A stretch of 55,383 bases of DNA, the filler included, from Basidioascus undulatus (Eukaryota), in the NCBI GenBank assembly GCA_000826855.1. It is 4 parts of 4 records of this genome, joined end to end, with 100 filler letters (N's around TTAATTAATTAA, not from the genome) between each part and the next. Parts side by side here need not be neighbours in the genome. Positions count along the whole stretch, not along the records: positions 1 to 12,905 come from JTLS01000863.1; positions 13,006 to 25,910 come from JTLS01000864.1; 2 more parts are not named here. One strand, written 5' to 3'. Position numbers and translations under genes: made by a program. Below the pieces are notes generated by a model. It saw only the letters and a list, made by a program, of their open reading frames with translations, searched no databases and was not told the origin of the DNA. Every line of letters begins with the position of its first letter. Position 1 is the first letter of the stretch. Positions 1 through 14,988 of this stretch are shown here, one piece after another.

Positions 1-505
1 CCCCCCCCCCCGGCCCGGTCGAAACCATGCGCTGGAAGCTAAAGACAACGAGTCCCGGAGATGGAGATGCATGAGATCCCCTGAGGGAGGCCAAAAAGAC
101 ATGATCGAGGGGAAAGATCAAGGAGCTGTCATTGTCAGTGATGCTCCAACGTTAGAAGCCTGAACACCGACTCAGAGGCAGCGTCCAACGAAGTACAGAG
201 ATGCATCGTCGCATAGACACAGCGACGCGAGGCGCGATGTGCGGGGACCGAAGGCGAGCCATCAAGTTAGTGCGCCCTGGCGAGAAGACGATGGAGCAGG
301 CAGCGGGCGGGGGCCTGAAGACCGCCTCCCTCGCCGGAACTCAATCGAGTGATTAGTACATCCAGTGGCGTGAATGAGTAGAAGCAGAGATGATGCTCTC
401 CGAACAACGCGCACGCCCGACGTCATCAGTCCTTCTTTTCGAGTAAGTGAAAGAAATTACAACGACGTCCCATCACCCCTCGCGCCCACACGCCCGAGCA
501 CCAGC

Positions 506-1345
506 TCAAGCGGTCCAGACCTTCTTGACGAGCTCAGTGAGGCCTGTGGAAGACGTTCAAGATCAGATCTGAGTTGAGCTTCAGAAGGAAGACGAGATGG
601 GACGCACCGATGTCGTTCGTCTCGAACGAGTAGAGGCCAACCTATGTATCCGGAAGGGCCGTGAGCGGGTGTACAGTGGAAGGAAGGGGAGAGCAGATGG
701 ACATACCGCCGTCAGAAGCGTCGCCGCACGGAGACCCCACCGGGCGGTCGGGCCAGCCTTGGGGAACTTGCGGTCGTGGAGGTAGTCCTGTCCGATCCAT
801 CCATCCACCATCCGTACGTTCCATCAGCCTCTCACACCCTACGTTCTCCCGGGAATCCCCAGAACGCACAGTCAGGCAGGCGTCGAAGCCGATGTGGGAG
901 TGGACGAGGAGGGTGGTCGCGAGGAGGCCGTCAAGGACGGGGTGCGCGGAGGTGACAGCCGCAGCGCCGACGAGGGGAACGAGCGCGACAGAGACGGTGC
1001 GCTCGAATGCCCAGTGGTAAGAGCCGTGGGCCTTGTTCGGGGGCGGGAAGGGGGTCGGGTCGTTCACGGTGCCCTGGACGTAGGCTGGAGAGCGGCTCGC
1101 ATGGCCGGCGTCAGCCATGCACCTCAGAAATCCTGAATGTGACAAAGGATGCACGTACGGCCCTGATTGGACGCAGCCACGGCAGAGGCAGGCTTGGAGG
1201 CCTGCAGGGCGCGAGGGGCAGCTGTACGGATCTCGATCGAGCGATCAGCACTCTGCAGCCAGCTCCAGCGCGGGAAGACCAGTGCGGACGCACCCGAGGA
1301 GAAGGCGCGCGCGGCGGGGCGGACGGCAGTTGTGAACGTGCGCAT
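506..1345 (-). CDS. SDH4: Succinate dehydrogenase cytochrome b small subunit (CybS/Sdh4-Tim18 family), multi-exon
   Basis: Spliced reading gives a presequence-like MRTFTTAVRPAARAFSS, then YVQGTVNDPTPFPPPNKAHGSYHWAFER...HSHIGFDACLT/DYLHDRKFPK...GLYSFETNDI/GLTELVKKVWTA*. GSYHW.FER, HSHIGF and DY are CybS motifs; introns are GT-AG. Confidence 0.93.
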
Positions 1346-1802
1346 GGCGAGAATGAGGTGCGCAACAGCGAGGATAACAAAAACAACAAGGAGGGGGTCG
1401 AGGTCGAGGAGGTGAGATGGGCGGGCGCGTGCGGGCGGGCGCTGGGCGATGCCGGTGTGGAGAAGGCGCGGGTGTAGTCGGCGGAGAAAGAGCCAATTGC
1501 CGACAGCCCATCCCAAACGATATTCCCGGCCTGCTGCAGTCGCTTTCCGTCGACTTTGTGCTGATTAAATTTTTGCTAGCTACTTACAGCGGGGTTTCTG
1601 GAAAAATATTGGTGCTCATGACATTTTCCCAAGGACTGCCAGAACGCGCACCGACAATTGAGTCTCCAAGGCCAACAACCTCAGTACGGCGGGATTGCCC
1701 AGCGTTTACCTGTCTTCGAAGGTTGTCACCGGATCGAGTCCCAGTACAAAAATCATACAGGGTATCATGCCATGAGTCGACCCCCTGCTGTCCCAGCCGC
1801 AC

Positions 1803-3090
1803 CTACTCCCCTGCCTCCTCCCGCAGGGCGTCCGCTAGCAGTCGTACCGCAGCCATCCCCCGGACCCGATCCAGCTGTTTCCAAGCTCCCAATAAGCATG
1901 CAATCCAGCTACCTTTCCGGAATAGAAACTCCTCAGACGGACCAGATCTCCGAACCCAGGCTCCTGCACGATCCTCGTCGCGTGCGCCTCAAGTTGCTCA
2001 GGCGTCAGTTCCGACAGAGGGACGAAGCTCGGCTCCGGCTCTTCTCGAGGCGCGTTGATCAATTGGTGCTGCCTAAGCGAAGAAACGTCTGGGATCGAGC
2101 GAGGTTGAAGCTGCGGCGGATAAGAGTGGGAGTTATGACGTGAAACGCCTGGCGAGGCTGCCGGCCGGCGCTGCGACGCCGAGGCGTAGTCAACCACGGA
2201 CTCTTCCCTTCTCTGAGACTCCAACTGGGGCTGTATCCTTCCCCTCGGCCTACCCGGGCTCTCGACTGTGCTATTCTGAGGCCTTCGCCGACTCGAAGAG
2301 GGCGTCGCGAGCGCATCGCGTGCGGGCTCGGCAGCAGTGCGCTTGCGTGTGGGTGTCCTTTCCTCGAGAGGACGGCCGAGCTGGCTTGGGGGCGGCGCAG
2401 CGGAGGAGGCCGAAGGCGCCAAGCGGCTACTTGTAGCAGCGCGCGAGGACGGCGGTGGGGCGGCGCACTGGGGCGGAGTGCACGGGCAGACGCCCATGAT
2501 ATGCTTGACGAAGTCCGAGGCGTCTTCGGTAGAGGAGAAGGCGATCTGGAAGCGGTTGAAGGCCTGTCCGTTTTCGAGATGTATAAGTAGTGGTGGGAAA
2601 CTGAGCAGGAAGTTGGAGGACATGGCGCACAGGCTGCGAGGCAGAGGTCGAGCCCCGGAGACTGAGCACGTCAAGGTACCGGATCTGAACTTGGTTGGCG
2701 TTGTAGATAGCCTTGAGCGGTTTCATAGCCCGGAGGTGAGAGTCGAGCTCCGAGAAAGACGAGAGATCGAGGTCCTCCTACCCGTCCACACCCGTCGACA
2801 TTCCGTCAGCTCTCCGCTGCAAACCCGAAAGTACAAGCCGGCCGTCAGCTCACGTAGACCGTCGCTGGGCCCGACCCAGGCAGTCGATACACGATCCTCA
2901 ATCTAAGCCGGGACGAGCGCTCAAGTTCCGACTCGGTCATATCCAGGTCCGCTTGCAGCCCCGGAGAGCGGACGGGCGGGTCCCAGTTCGGAGTGCTCGT
3001 GGCCGTAGGTTGAGCCTGCGAGATGGGTCGCGCACGAGTGTACTTGTCGAGTTTGAAGGAGTATGTGCGGGTCGTAGTGGGCTGGACCAT
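1803..3090 (-). CDS. REC114/Rec7-like meiotic double-strand-break accessory protein (4 exons by eye)
   Basis: N-terminal block FKLDKYTRAR...W...LRLRIVY/EDLDL...PLKAIYNANQVQIRYL/FNRFQIAFSSTEDASDFVKHIMGVCPC, a long S/P/R-rich linker, and a C-terminal LTPEQLEAHATRIVQEPGFGDL/LDRVRGM. This resembles the Rec114 PH-fold motifs and C-terminal signature as recalled; not searched. Confidence 0.7.
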
Positions 3091-4088
3091 AATCGGCGAC
3101 GAATGGGGGCGGACGGCTGAGCGGTTGCGGGCGGTGGTGATGGCTGAAGGTCAACCGGCGCCGAGCTGTTCACTTGATGAGGCTTTCCGAAGACTCAAAC
3201 TGCTGAATGGCCACGAGCCATTGAGAAGCTGCTCGTTTGGCGTCTTGCCAGTGCCAATGGCCTTGAAAATTGATATCTCATTAAAGTACGGGAAGGTGGC
3301 CCTTTCAAGACCTTGACGCAAAAGGGAAAACTTCGAGGCTGCTGGTCTGCAGCAGGCACGAAACTTTCTCATGCCAGTCCCAGAGGTCCCTCGTATTCCA
3401 CAACTGCAGGAAAGACTTGAACCAAAAGGACACGGGTAAGACTGCGAACAAAACCACAACTGGCCCAAGGAACACTGTATCCTCCCCTCGATTGAGCGGT
3501 GTAAAGTGACAGGGCGTGAGCAGCTTCCGCAAAACGCGGGGATTTCTGCAAAACGAATGCTTACCTTGGACCGGTTTAAAGAGCAGCAAAAATATGGTTC
3601 TTCCGTGGATTGAACACGGTACCTTCAGGACTTCAATCTGACGCTCTCCCAGATGAGCTAAAGAACCGACGTGCACTCAGTTCAGCACTATAAATCTCCA
3701 CGTTCAGATGTGGGATCCTAGGCAAAGCAAAAAGTCGACCAAAGGAGTTGTCCAATAGCAGCGGCACAGAACAGACACAGAACTATTCGGCTTGACCATC
3801 ATGTGTTCCGGACCACCCCGTGCCCATCGTCAAACTGAACCAGCCTTGTCGCCTACACGGGATAATCACCCAAACGAATACCCAGACTCTGGCCTTGTGA
3901 AGGACTTCAGTCAACTTCAGTAATTTCTAGTCATGGCAATGACCTATCAAATGCCAGTCATGCAAGTTGGCGAGCTGGCGCAGTCCATGGCGCGGGCCCA
4001 CAGCGTGGTCAAGCGTCAGTGAAATCCGGGCGCACACGATGTTCTGACGAATTAGCACTTCCAGAACGGCAGATCGAAAGCAAGCCCG

Positions 4089-5198
4089 TCAGCTTTCATC
4101 TCGAGTCCCTTGCCCGTCCGCCCATTTCAACCAGCTGACGACCTTCCAACTCCCCCTCGTAGCGTGGTCCATGTCCTCCACCTCGCCCTGCCACTTCCGC
4201 CGCTCTCCATCCACCGCCTGCTCGTCTATCCCCCTCTCGTCGGGCTCGAGGCCCGCCTCGCGCGCGCGGTGGAAGAAGCGCGCGACGCAGAGCCGTCCCG
4301 TGTGGAAGCCCGCGACGACGAGCACGCGTGCGGAGGGGTCGGAGCGATCGAGGAGAGCCGTGAGCGTCTTAATCAGGTTGACATGTTGGTCCGGCATCCA
4401 GAAGACGTCGGCGCAGAGGATCAAGTTGAAGGAGGGCGAGTAGCTCAGTGCACGCGAGAATGAGCATCGCCTGCCACGGGCTGAGAAAGCAATGAGGGGT
4501 GGCGCACCGTTGAAAAGGTTGGACAGATCGGCCCCAAATATGACCAACTACGGCTGTGCGCCTTTGCGAGTCTTCCGGTATGCACTTGTTGACATTGTAG
4601 GCGATGTTTTCGATGAGCGTAGGATCGTCGTAATCACTCAAGACCGCCTGTCCGCTCCAGCCGCCGCCCCCGTCATATTCCTCCTCCGGCCGGTTTCGTC
4701 AATAGCACAAAAAGTAGACTCACCATATCAGCCCCTCCTAGAACGCTCAAGATGCCCGGCAGCCCCGTGCCCGCCCCCAGCTCGAGAACCCTCCGACCGC
4801 AGACAGGCGCTGCTCCAGAGGCGATCATGTCGGCGCAGAGGAGACCCGAGTCCCACTGCAGCGCGAGACGTGTGAGTATTCAGTTGAAAACCGTTTGCTG
4901 TTGTTCAGCGACGTACTTGAAAGTGCGCGAACAAAGTCGTCTTCGTCTGCGGAGTGATGCGGACGGAAAGTTCGCCGTAAGGGGACTTGTAGGGGAAGAA
5001 CCCGCCGGGCTCGCCATGCGATGGCTATAAAAGAGTGAAGGGTCAGCCTGAGTAACTTCATACGGAGGAGCTGATACTCACCTGATGATGCTTGAAGATG
5101 GTCCACAACGAGTCCTCGAAGATGCCCACCACATCGTCCTCCTCCTCGGCCGCTATGTCAGCGGGCTTCCCCTCAATGGCTGGTTCAGATTGAGACAT
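4089..5198 (-). CDS. Methyltransf_16-family protein-lysine/N-terminal methyltransferase (Efm7/Nnt1-like)
   Basis: Spliced exons LFAHFQ/WDSGLLCADMI...RRVLELGAGTGLPGI (SAM motif I), VLSDYDDP, VVGHIWG, LILCADVFW, VVAGFHTGR. Confidence 0.85.
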
Positions 5199-6495
5199 GT
5201 GCGGTTCAAAGTATACGATGATGATAGTATTAAGTAGATGATAAATGTTTTGAGATGAGGATAGAGAAGACGAAGAAGGAAGACGCGTCCTCATCCGACC
5301 GCAAGACCTACGTGCTGGGCTCTAGGGCATCTGCGTCAAACAAACGCCTCTGGGCACGAGGAGGCGCTCCAGCGACTCACAGTGCATTTTTTCCTCCCGT
5401 AATATACTTTTAGTTATCTAACTTCTTGATGTAGGCCTGATTAGGCTTCTCATGCCTGTGCCACGAGCTGTTGCTTGTGATTCTGAACGTGTTCTGATGT
5501 AGGTCTGCAGTCCCAAGCTGCTAGCGACCAGGCATTTTTCAATGCGTCCTAGCTCTTGGATGGACTATATAAGGGGCGGAAATCACATGGACGACTCACA
5601 CTGTTCGTACAGTCGAGCCAAAGCCAGAGGCACCTTCGTTCGCAGCAATAACGCCTCTTCACCTGAGATGTCTATGACATTCCAGCGCCCCAGGCGGGTG
5701 TCTCTAGTCATAAAAAAGTGCCTTTCCAAACCTACCAACAATATTGACAACTATACTAGCACGATGAGTACAGCATGCCGTTTGCCTCGCTAGAAAGCGT
5801 ACACAAGAACCCCTTCAAGGATGAGCAGGTACCCTGCATTCAGAGCTTGTGTCGGACTCTGATGGGTATTATAATCTGGTTCAACAAACAATATGTACTC
5901 TTCCTTGGAGTCGCCCCATGCCGACGAGGGGCTCGGCACGACTCTCGCTCAAAGCTTTAGCAGACCTGCGTTGCGTTGCTTTCAGACGCCATAGCTACCT
6001 GCAAGCAGGAGAGCCACCGCAGGATAAGAGGTATTCTCCCTTCACGCGGATGGTTAGCCCTTCAATATCCACAAATACGGCCAGCGGAGATGCGAGCTTA
6101 CGGCAGATGTTGCTTTGAAACCAAACAACAGGACCGCTGGTACTTTCCGCAACGTATCTTCGCAGCCCTTGAGACTTGAGATAAGACATCAATATACACC
6201 AACATGTTTATACACAATCAGGCCAAGCATCTACAGATACAGCTAAATGAGCTGTAAAGGATTCATCCTAAACTTCATGAAGATGCCAATGTGCGCCACG
6301 GCGAACTCCGGGACTGCTCGAGAACACTCACGTCCGTCAAGACTCCAATACAGGGTTCATAGGGACACTTCGATGTATCATTACTTTTCCCTTCAGGCCA
6401 CCCTCACGACAAAGTGCACGCTGGTTGGCGTGTTCGCTGCGATGAAGGTTTGATGAGCTGCAATCTACGATGACGTCGATTCCCGACGCGGCATG

Positions 6496-6529
6496 TGACT
6501 CGTCGACGGAAGAAGTCCGCCTTTGACTC
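6496..6529 (+). promoter_or_regulatory. Two TGACTC cores (candidate Gcn4/CpcA response elements) upstream of DAHP synthase
   Basis: TGACTC at 6496-6501 and 6524-6529, about 95-130 nt upstream of the ATG; TGACGTC also at 6471-6477. Short motifs, could be chance. Confidence 0.4.
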
Positions 6530-6623
6530 GACCCGCGTCTTCTCTTTTCGTTCTGCTCCCCATCTTGATCTTCTCATACCAGCATCTCCCCAAAGTATCG
6601 GATCACACTTTATATATTCAAGC

Positions 6624-8651
<2,028 letters not shown>

Positions 8652-9235
8652 TGTACTGCGTGTAATTGCGGAATCTCATAGTCTTCTTGCGCGCGACATC
8701 ATGAAGGGCTTTTTCGACCCTGTCCTTCCATTTGCCCGTCCAGGATTCCTTGCAGAACCCTCAAACTGGCTCATCATCACAGCGTATAAACTTGGCAGGT
8801 GGGCGTTGTCGGCGCGGGTTAGTGTATAAGTGAGACAAGAGGGAAGAAACGTAGATGCGGGAACGGGAGTGGGAGACGCGCTGCACCCGCTGCGACTACG
8901 ACGGCAGATGAGAGGAACAGAGGGAACGGCGAGGAAACAGCTGAGAAATCACATAAGAAATTCAGCACAGAAGAAAAGCAAACGAACAAAGCAAATCTTG
9001 GACGCTGGCTCCGCTAAACTGGCTGTGCCGCCGAGCCACGGGCCGCGGAGGCACTTGGAAGCACAGCCTCGACGCTTCCCGACGCTCGTATCTTTTTTGG
9101 TGTCGCCCGTCCGCTACTCTAGAGTGGACCATCATCTCAGCCCTTTTCCCTTGTCCTGCTTGGTTCTACTCACTCGCACTCACTTTCGCGCCCTACTTTC
9201 GCACACCCTACATCCTTATCATCATCTTATCATCG

Positions 9236-10693
9236 ATGGTACCACTGACTATTACTTGCTTCCCGGCGGAGACCCTGTCCACCATCTTCGGCCTCGTGCC
9301 CGTCTCGACGCTTCTATCATTGGCCCTCACATGCCGAGCACTCCATTCGCTCGCGACTCGCGAAATGTATCGCACCGTCAATCTTTCGCACCCGCGGCCA
9401 GCTTGGGCAGCCATATCGACGTTGCACTTTTCGCGCACGCTTGCGGACCGTCCAGACCTCGCGGCACTCATGCATTCTCTTGATGTCGGCCTTGAGGACG
9501 ACTGCGCCTCGAACGCGTCCCTCTTGCGCGTACCACTCTCCATCGTGATAGCCGTTGCACCGACACTGCAGAAACTCTGGCTGCGGTATCTGAGCGATGG
9601 GGATATCGAGAGACCCATTGACAAAGTCGCGTTCAGCAAGGTCTCCCCGGTCCTCGCAGACTTGCTCTCCGCTATTGCTGCGTGTCCAAAGCTCGTCTCA
9701 GTCGACCTCGACTTTGGAGACCTATCTGGAGACTCGGATGGCGTTTTATACGGTTCGATGGCAAGATTGGGCGCTGTCATGCCTTGTTGTTCGTTGCTCA
9801 GCCATCTTAGCATTGTTGGCACAATCTTGTTGACTTCTATGGCGCCCGAAGCTGTCGACCAGCTTCTTGCCCGCCTTTTATCTGGAGCGTCAAACATTGA
9901 GTCTCTTTCTGTCATGGTCAACCGGAACGAGTTCGGCAAATTCCCGGAGGTGCTGCTTGCTCCGAACATGGTTTCGCGTCTACGCAAGCTCCGCCTTGAC
10001 GGCTTTAAGCTCAATTCCTGCTTAGGCCGAGTTCCTCATCCAGCGTCCGACCGTCTCCCACCTCGCGCTGCGTCCCGACCGGTCGGTTACCACCATGCTC
10101 TCCGTGCAGTCTGCAATCCTCCCTTCGCTCCGCTCACTTGAAGCAACCATCGACGAGCTTGTGACAATCCTTCGCTCGACATCGTCGGATCAGCTGCTCG
10201 AGCTTGTGATGCGGAAACTTGTCGACACGAACATGCTTAGCATGGAAGAAGTCCTTACGAAGCTGCTGCCACTCTTGCCGCAGACGCTTACGCATGTCTT
10301 CTTCGAGCATGACTTGGTGCTCGACTCTCCCGAAATCGCGCTTGACTGGCTCGAGAACTTCCAATATCGACTTACCGAGCCTCGCACGTTTGTGGCGCCC
10401 CACGCCTACATTTCGCTCGAAAGGGAGGTGAGTGGATGAACTTGCTATCGGCTTCTCTGAACGACCGCTGAGAGACTCCCGCTACCACGTCGCAGAACCT
10501 CGCGGAAATGTTCGGCTGCCACCCGCACTTGTCAAAGGTTGCCTTGGACGTCTCGGAGAACGACGCGCGTTGGTCCGCGCAGATCTGCCCCCAGCTTGAG
10601 CTCATACCGACTGGGATCGAGGCGCGGTATATACATTCAAGGTCATTCAGGACGAGCACGGCAGATTTATGCATGTTGTCACCGAAGGGCTAG
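9236..10693 (+). pseudogene. F-box-like / RNI-like LRR protein gene with one apparent frameshift (~10020) and one intron
   Basis: N-terminus FPAETLSTIFGLV...LLSLALTCRALHSLATREMYRTVNL is F-box-like, followed by LxxLxL repeats. Coding-like sequence continues in another frame (AEFLIQRPTVSHLAL...) with an intron gtgagt ~10428 to cag 10495. May be an intact gene with a base-call error. Confidence 0.6.
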
Positions 10694-11494
10694 GAAGCGG
10701 TGAGGGGATATTCGACACTTTGGGCGGGCGTGAATTCTTCCATGCATGGCGGCTGTGATGTCGCGTTTTTTACTACGATCCCATGCAATCCTGAGGCAGA
10801 GAAGGGCAAGGTCCCAGCGTTAAAGACTGGTGAAGCGGAGCAGAAGCATGGCGGATGCAATGTGTTCTGGCTGTTTCAAGTGTCGTATTCACTCACACAA
10901 TAGTATTGAAGCTAGGCATGCTGGACAGGGCATCTCTATAGCAACGCTGCGTGCTGTCTCATGCTTTCTCGTTGGAGCACGCCTCGCGAGAGCCACCACT
11001 GGAGAGACCACCCACATGCTGCCTGGTTCAAACTTGTGTCTTTGAAATCTGACATCCTTTTCTAGACTATGAGTTATATATCAAACTCCATTATATAGTC
11101 AGTGCTTACAGGAGTGCACAAGAAAGAGAGAAATCCTGGTTGATGGATGTTCACGGGCTGGCAGCGCACTTTACCGTAGTCTGTTCGTCTCGGTATTGAA
11201 GGTTTTCAAACCTCTCACCTAAGAAATATAAGTAGGAAACAATACTATTACCAATGGTAATGTAGGTATGCAAGTTGTGCAATGGAAGACGCTGGGTTGC
11301 TCAGGGCCGGCTCTGCGTCCTCTTGAGCTGCAACTTAAACGTTCCTCCTTCAATTCCACCTCCTTCGTTCCTCCTACACTTCATTATCGTAATACTTACC
11401 ATTACGTTGTGATACTCAAACTTGCACTGCGTCCGCGCGACTGACCCATCCACCCTTCGATTGACCAATCATCAGTTCATCTCGCCATTTTCCT

Positions 11495-12292
11495 ATGCCG
11501 GCCTTCGACTGTCCAAGGCTACGGATCGAGCTTCTATCGATCATCGTCGAGGAGACAGCGTACTCACTAGCCTCTCATAATAACAACCTGCCCACGCTCG
11601 CCTTCGAGGAAGTCGAGACCCGCTTCCTCCTCTCGCTCCGCCTCGTCAGCCGGATCTTAGAGCAGTATATCAACCCGCTCGTCTTGCAACGAAATCAATA
11701 TCGATACTTTACATCGCACAGAGCCTTCGTCCTAGATCGACTAAATTTGGCAAGCTCGTCCAAGGGCTCAGACTCCCGGCGAGCTGCGCATCCTCGACCT
11801 CCTCAGTGCCTGTCCAGGCGTCAGCCATCTCAGCCTCGCCTTCGACAACGAGGACGAAGCCGGATACCCGATCTATCCCGACCACTGCGCGCGATCGAGC
11901 ATGCGCTCGACAAGGTTGATCTATACATCTTCCACCTAGTCGCGCCATACGCGCACAGCCCGTTCAATCGCATCATCGAGCGCGCCGTCCGGTGCTGGAA
12001 GCGCCTCCGCGCTATCCGGATCGAGCTCCCTACTGGGCTGCTGCTACGCTTGTTCTTGCACGAGTATCCGTCGTTGGAGGAGGTCGAACTGGTCCGCAGC
12101 CGCGGCGGAGCGCTCATGGGCGACGTGCTCTCCATCGCCGAGAATCCCTCGCTGCAGCGCCTCCTACTGTCTGGTCTGAACCCTATCTCTTTCATAGTGT
12201 TCCAGGCGGCCTCACCCCGCATTCAGGAGATCGTGATTCTGGACGACGCTGATGACGGCGGAGAGAACAATTCGGGGGAAAGCTGCTTTTGA
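11495..12292 (+). pseudogene. Degenerate F-box-like/LRR-like gene
   Basis: LRIELLSIIVEE...LLSLRLVSRILEQYINPLV is F-box-like. The segment ~11770-11880 reads naturally only in another frame (ELRILDLLSACPGVSHLSLAFD), implying compensating frameshifts; LRR-like YPSLEEVEL and NPSLQRLLL follow. Confidence 0.5.
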
Positions 12293-12905
12293 TGACTCGT
12301 TGACGTGGACCCACGAAAATGCATGAACGTCCTTTGTGCGTCCAAGTTACTTTACAGGGGTCTCTAAGGCAGCTTCATAAGAAGCGAGGGGCGGAGCGTA
12401 GCCGTTGCTGGCGGGTTTGAAGCAACTGATGCTCGACGCCAGGGCTGAGCCCCTCCTAACGCTCAGGTAGCCTCTGCCTCTTCCATGACCGAATATCTGT
12501 CTGAACCTAAGATGCTTGATGCCGGGTACGTAATAAGGACACGCCCGATCAGAAAGTGTGGCGGTCACCCTCGGGCAGCACAACGCCATGTCCTGGTGCG
12601 CGGTGTGTTGCGCAAGTGTCCTTTACAGTGAAGCTTGCTTATTACACTCGGGTCTTTTCCATCTGTCCACCCACTCCCATCACTAGCACTTGCGCTCGGC
12701 TACGGTCAAACCCTTGCGCTGAAAACCCTTTACAGCGTCGACGTCCTTTCCACCTCTACAGTCCACCTTGCCACGTCCCAGTCAACGTGTCACACTCAGC
12801 ACAAACATCGGAATGAACATCAACCGATCTTCAGCCAACAACGAATCTTCAAACTTCAACAAACTGCGAAAACGGAAACTGAAACCATCAAAAAAATTTG
12901 ACCAG

Positions 12906-13005
12906 NNNNNNNNNNNNNNNNNNNNNNNNNNNNNNNNNNNNNNNNNNNNTTAATTAATTAANNNNNNNNNNNNNNNNNNNNNNNNNNNNNNNNNNNNNNN
13001 NNNNN
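12906..13005. other. Assembly gap with artificial six-frame stop linker
   Basis: 44 N + TTAATTAATTAA (12950-12961) + 44 N. Confidence 0.97.
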
Positions 13006-13694
13006 CCATCCGCCTCCCCCGCCACAGCCGCCATCGTTCAAGATCGGCGGCGTCGACATGCGCGACGGCTCGGCGGCAGATCGTGAGCGCGCGCTGAGGA
13101 TGCAAGCTGAGCGGGAGGCGCGGGAGCGCGAGGAGGCAGCGCGGCGGAAGGAGGAGGAGGCGAACCGGACGCCTGGTGAGTTTTCGGAACTGCCGCTTGG
13201 TTGGGTGGGATACGGGAAGTGGGTGCTCATCTTTGTGATGGGGTTGTGACAGAGCCGACGAAAGAGGGGGCGGAGGAGGGCGAGGAGGAGGAGGAGGAGG
13301 ACCTGGACGCCGCTGCGATGCGGGAGATGATGGGCTTTGGCGGGTTTGACACGACGAAGGTGGGTCTCTTTCTTGTGCGCTTCAAGTTTCCCGTGCATCG
13401 AGTTGATCTTGCGCCGACGTTCCTCCAGGGTAAGCACATCATTGGCAATGTTGGAGGAGCTGCCAACGTCAAGAAGCAGCGGACGTACCGCCAGTACATG
13501 AACCGGTACGTTTCCCCTCTTCCCTCCTCCCAATCCCATCTCCAACCCATTACTAACTATCCCCCCTTTCCTTCCTTCCCTCAAACAGCAAAGGCGGCTT
13601 CAACAGGTATATTCCCCCCCTCCCCCCCCGTCCCTCTCACCCTTCACTGACCCCTCTCCAACACATCCACAGGCCTCTCGACAAGGTCAAGTGA
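13006..13694 (+). CDS. U4/U6.U5 tri-snRNP 27 kDa protein (SNRNP27/DUF1777), 5'-truncated by the gap
   Basis: MREMMGFGGFDTTK/GKHIIGNVGGAANVKKQRTYRQYMNR/KGGFNR/PLDKVK* is the SNRNP27 C-terminal signature; includes an 18-nt microexon at 13589-13606. Confidence 0.92.
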
Positions 13695-14840
13695 GGCTGC
13701 CCCTCCCTCCCCGTCCGGGCGTACGCTCTCACTCCCTCCCACAAGTTTCGGCGCGCGGGCGAGTGCGAGTCTTCACTTTGGGTGCGCACGGGATGGTTGT
13801 CTTTTTTGGCGTTATTGCTGTTGTGTTTCGCGCACAGCTGTGGAACATGCATGCTGGTTGTTTCTGATTTGAGCCGTTCGACCCATCGGTCTGAAGTGTA
13901 GGGTAGCCGCTGCGTCAAGCGGAATTATGGACGCTCGCTGTTGCACGCGAGCATCGACACTGTACCCAACTTTATTTGTTCGCTTGAACACAATGAGAAA
14001 TAGCGCGGCGGATGGCGGAATAACAGAACATTACAGCGTACAAGGGCGGTATGAGCTGCCTGATATCCTCTCGCCGGAAGCGGCCTGACCAGCCACGGAG
14101 CCACAGAGTCGACTGAGCTCTTCAGCCCGGTACCGTTCTATCCCGGCTGGAACTTCGGGAGGTCCAGTTACGGACGTTCTGGCACTTGAAACAGAGAGAG
14201 CGGGGGTATACCTTGCTTGGCGGCAGGCTCTGAGAGGCGCTTTGTAGCTGCCCCGGCTCTCTGCCCACTGACCGGGCAGGCAGGCTTTCACTTGCCAACC
14301 CTTTTCAAGTCCTCGTGAGTAACCAGCCAGAACTTTACAATGCTCTTTCAACGAAGAACAGCCTCGTCCTGATTTGCGGTACATACCGGCCAGGTTACGG
14401 ATGAACTTTCCGAATTTCACCTCGTGCTGCTTCGCTGTTCCGACTTGCTTCTGGAAACCCCGGGCTCGTTTTTTCATGTAGGTTGAGAAGAACGTAGGCT
14501 ATATTACGTAACTAGACTTTGTTCAAGAGCTTCTTATGGCATTAGTTGATGAAGACAGTCCGACAGGGGTCCAGTCGCAGCGACGGACTCTGAGAGTGGA
14601 CGGTCGCACCCGCTCCCGGCTCAGCATCCTCCCAAGTCGAGCAGCAGGATGGCAGCCTGCCACTTCCGCCCGACTGGAACACGCAGTCCACGCTCGTCCT
14701 CGCTCGCGTGGGACGAGCCAGACATAGGCTAACTTACGCATCTCATGGACTTTCCAGAACGCCTTCGAGTCCTCGTGGAAGCCGGCTTCCCATGATACAT
14801 GATCGCAGTATGAGGCCCTACCGGGTGGTGGTTCCCAGCA

Positions 14841-14847
14841 TATAAAA
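14841..14847 (+). promoter_or_regulatory. TATA box upstream of the secreted-protein gene
   Basis: TATAAAA followed by a CT-rich leader and ATG at 14989. Confidence 0.55.
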
Positions 14848-14988
14848 GGGAGTCCTCCGTCGTCAGAGAGTTTCCCCAACCCACCGCAGTCTTTCTCTCT
14901 CGGTACTTTCGCACCCGCCAACCCACATTCCCTCCTCACTCCCTCGCCCTTCCTTGCCTTTCTCTCCCCCCACCCCCCCGTAGCAGAC

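Noticed and set aside
5542..6453. Short ORFs between the methyltransferase and DAHP synthase
   Set aside because: No family motifs; composition looks intergenic or too decayed to call.
12950..12961. TTAATTAATTAA palindrome recurring three times, as a biological repeat or TE target site
   Set aside because: Always centred in exactly 44+44 Ns; it is an assembly linker.
14031..14477. 148-aa minus-strand ORF (MKKRARGFQKQ...)
   Set aside because: No recognisable motif, codon bias or splice structure; cannot be supported as a gene.
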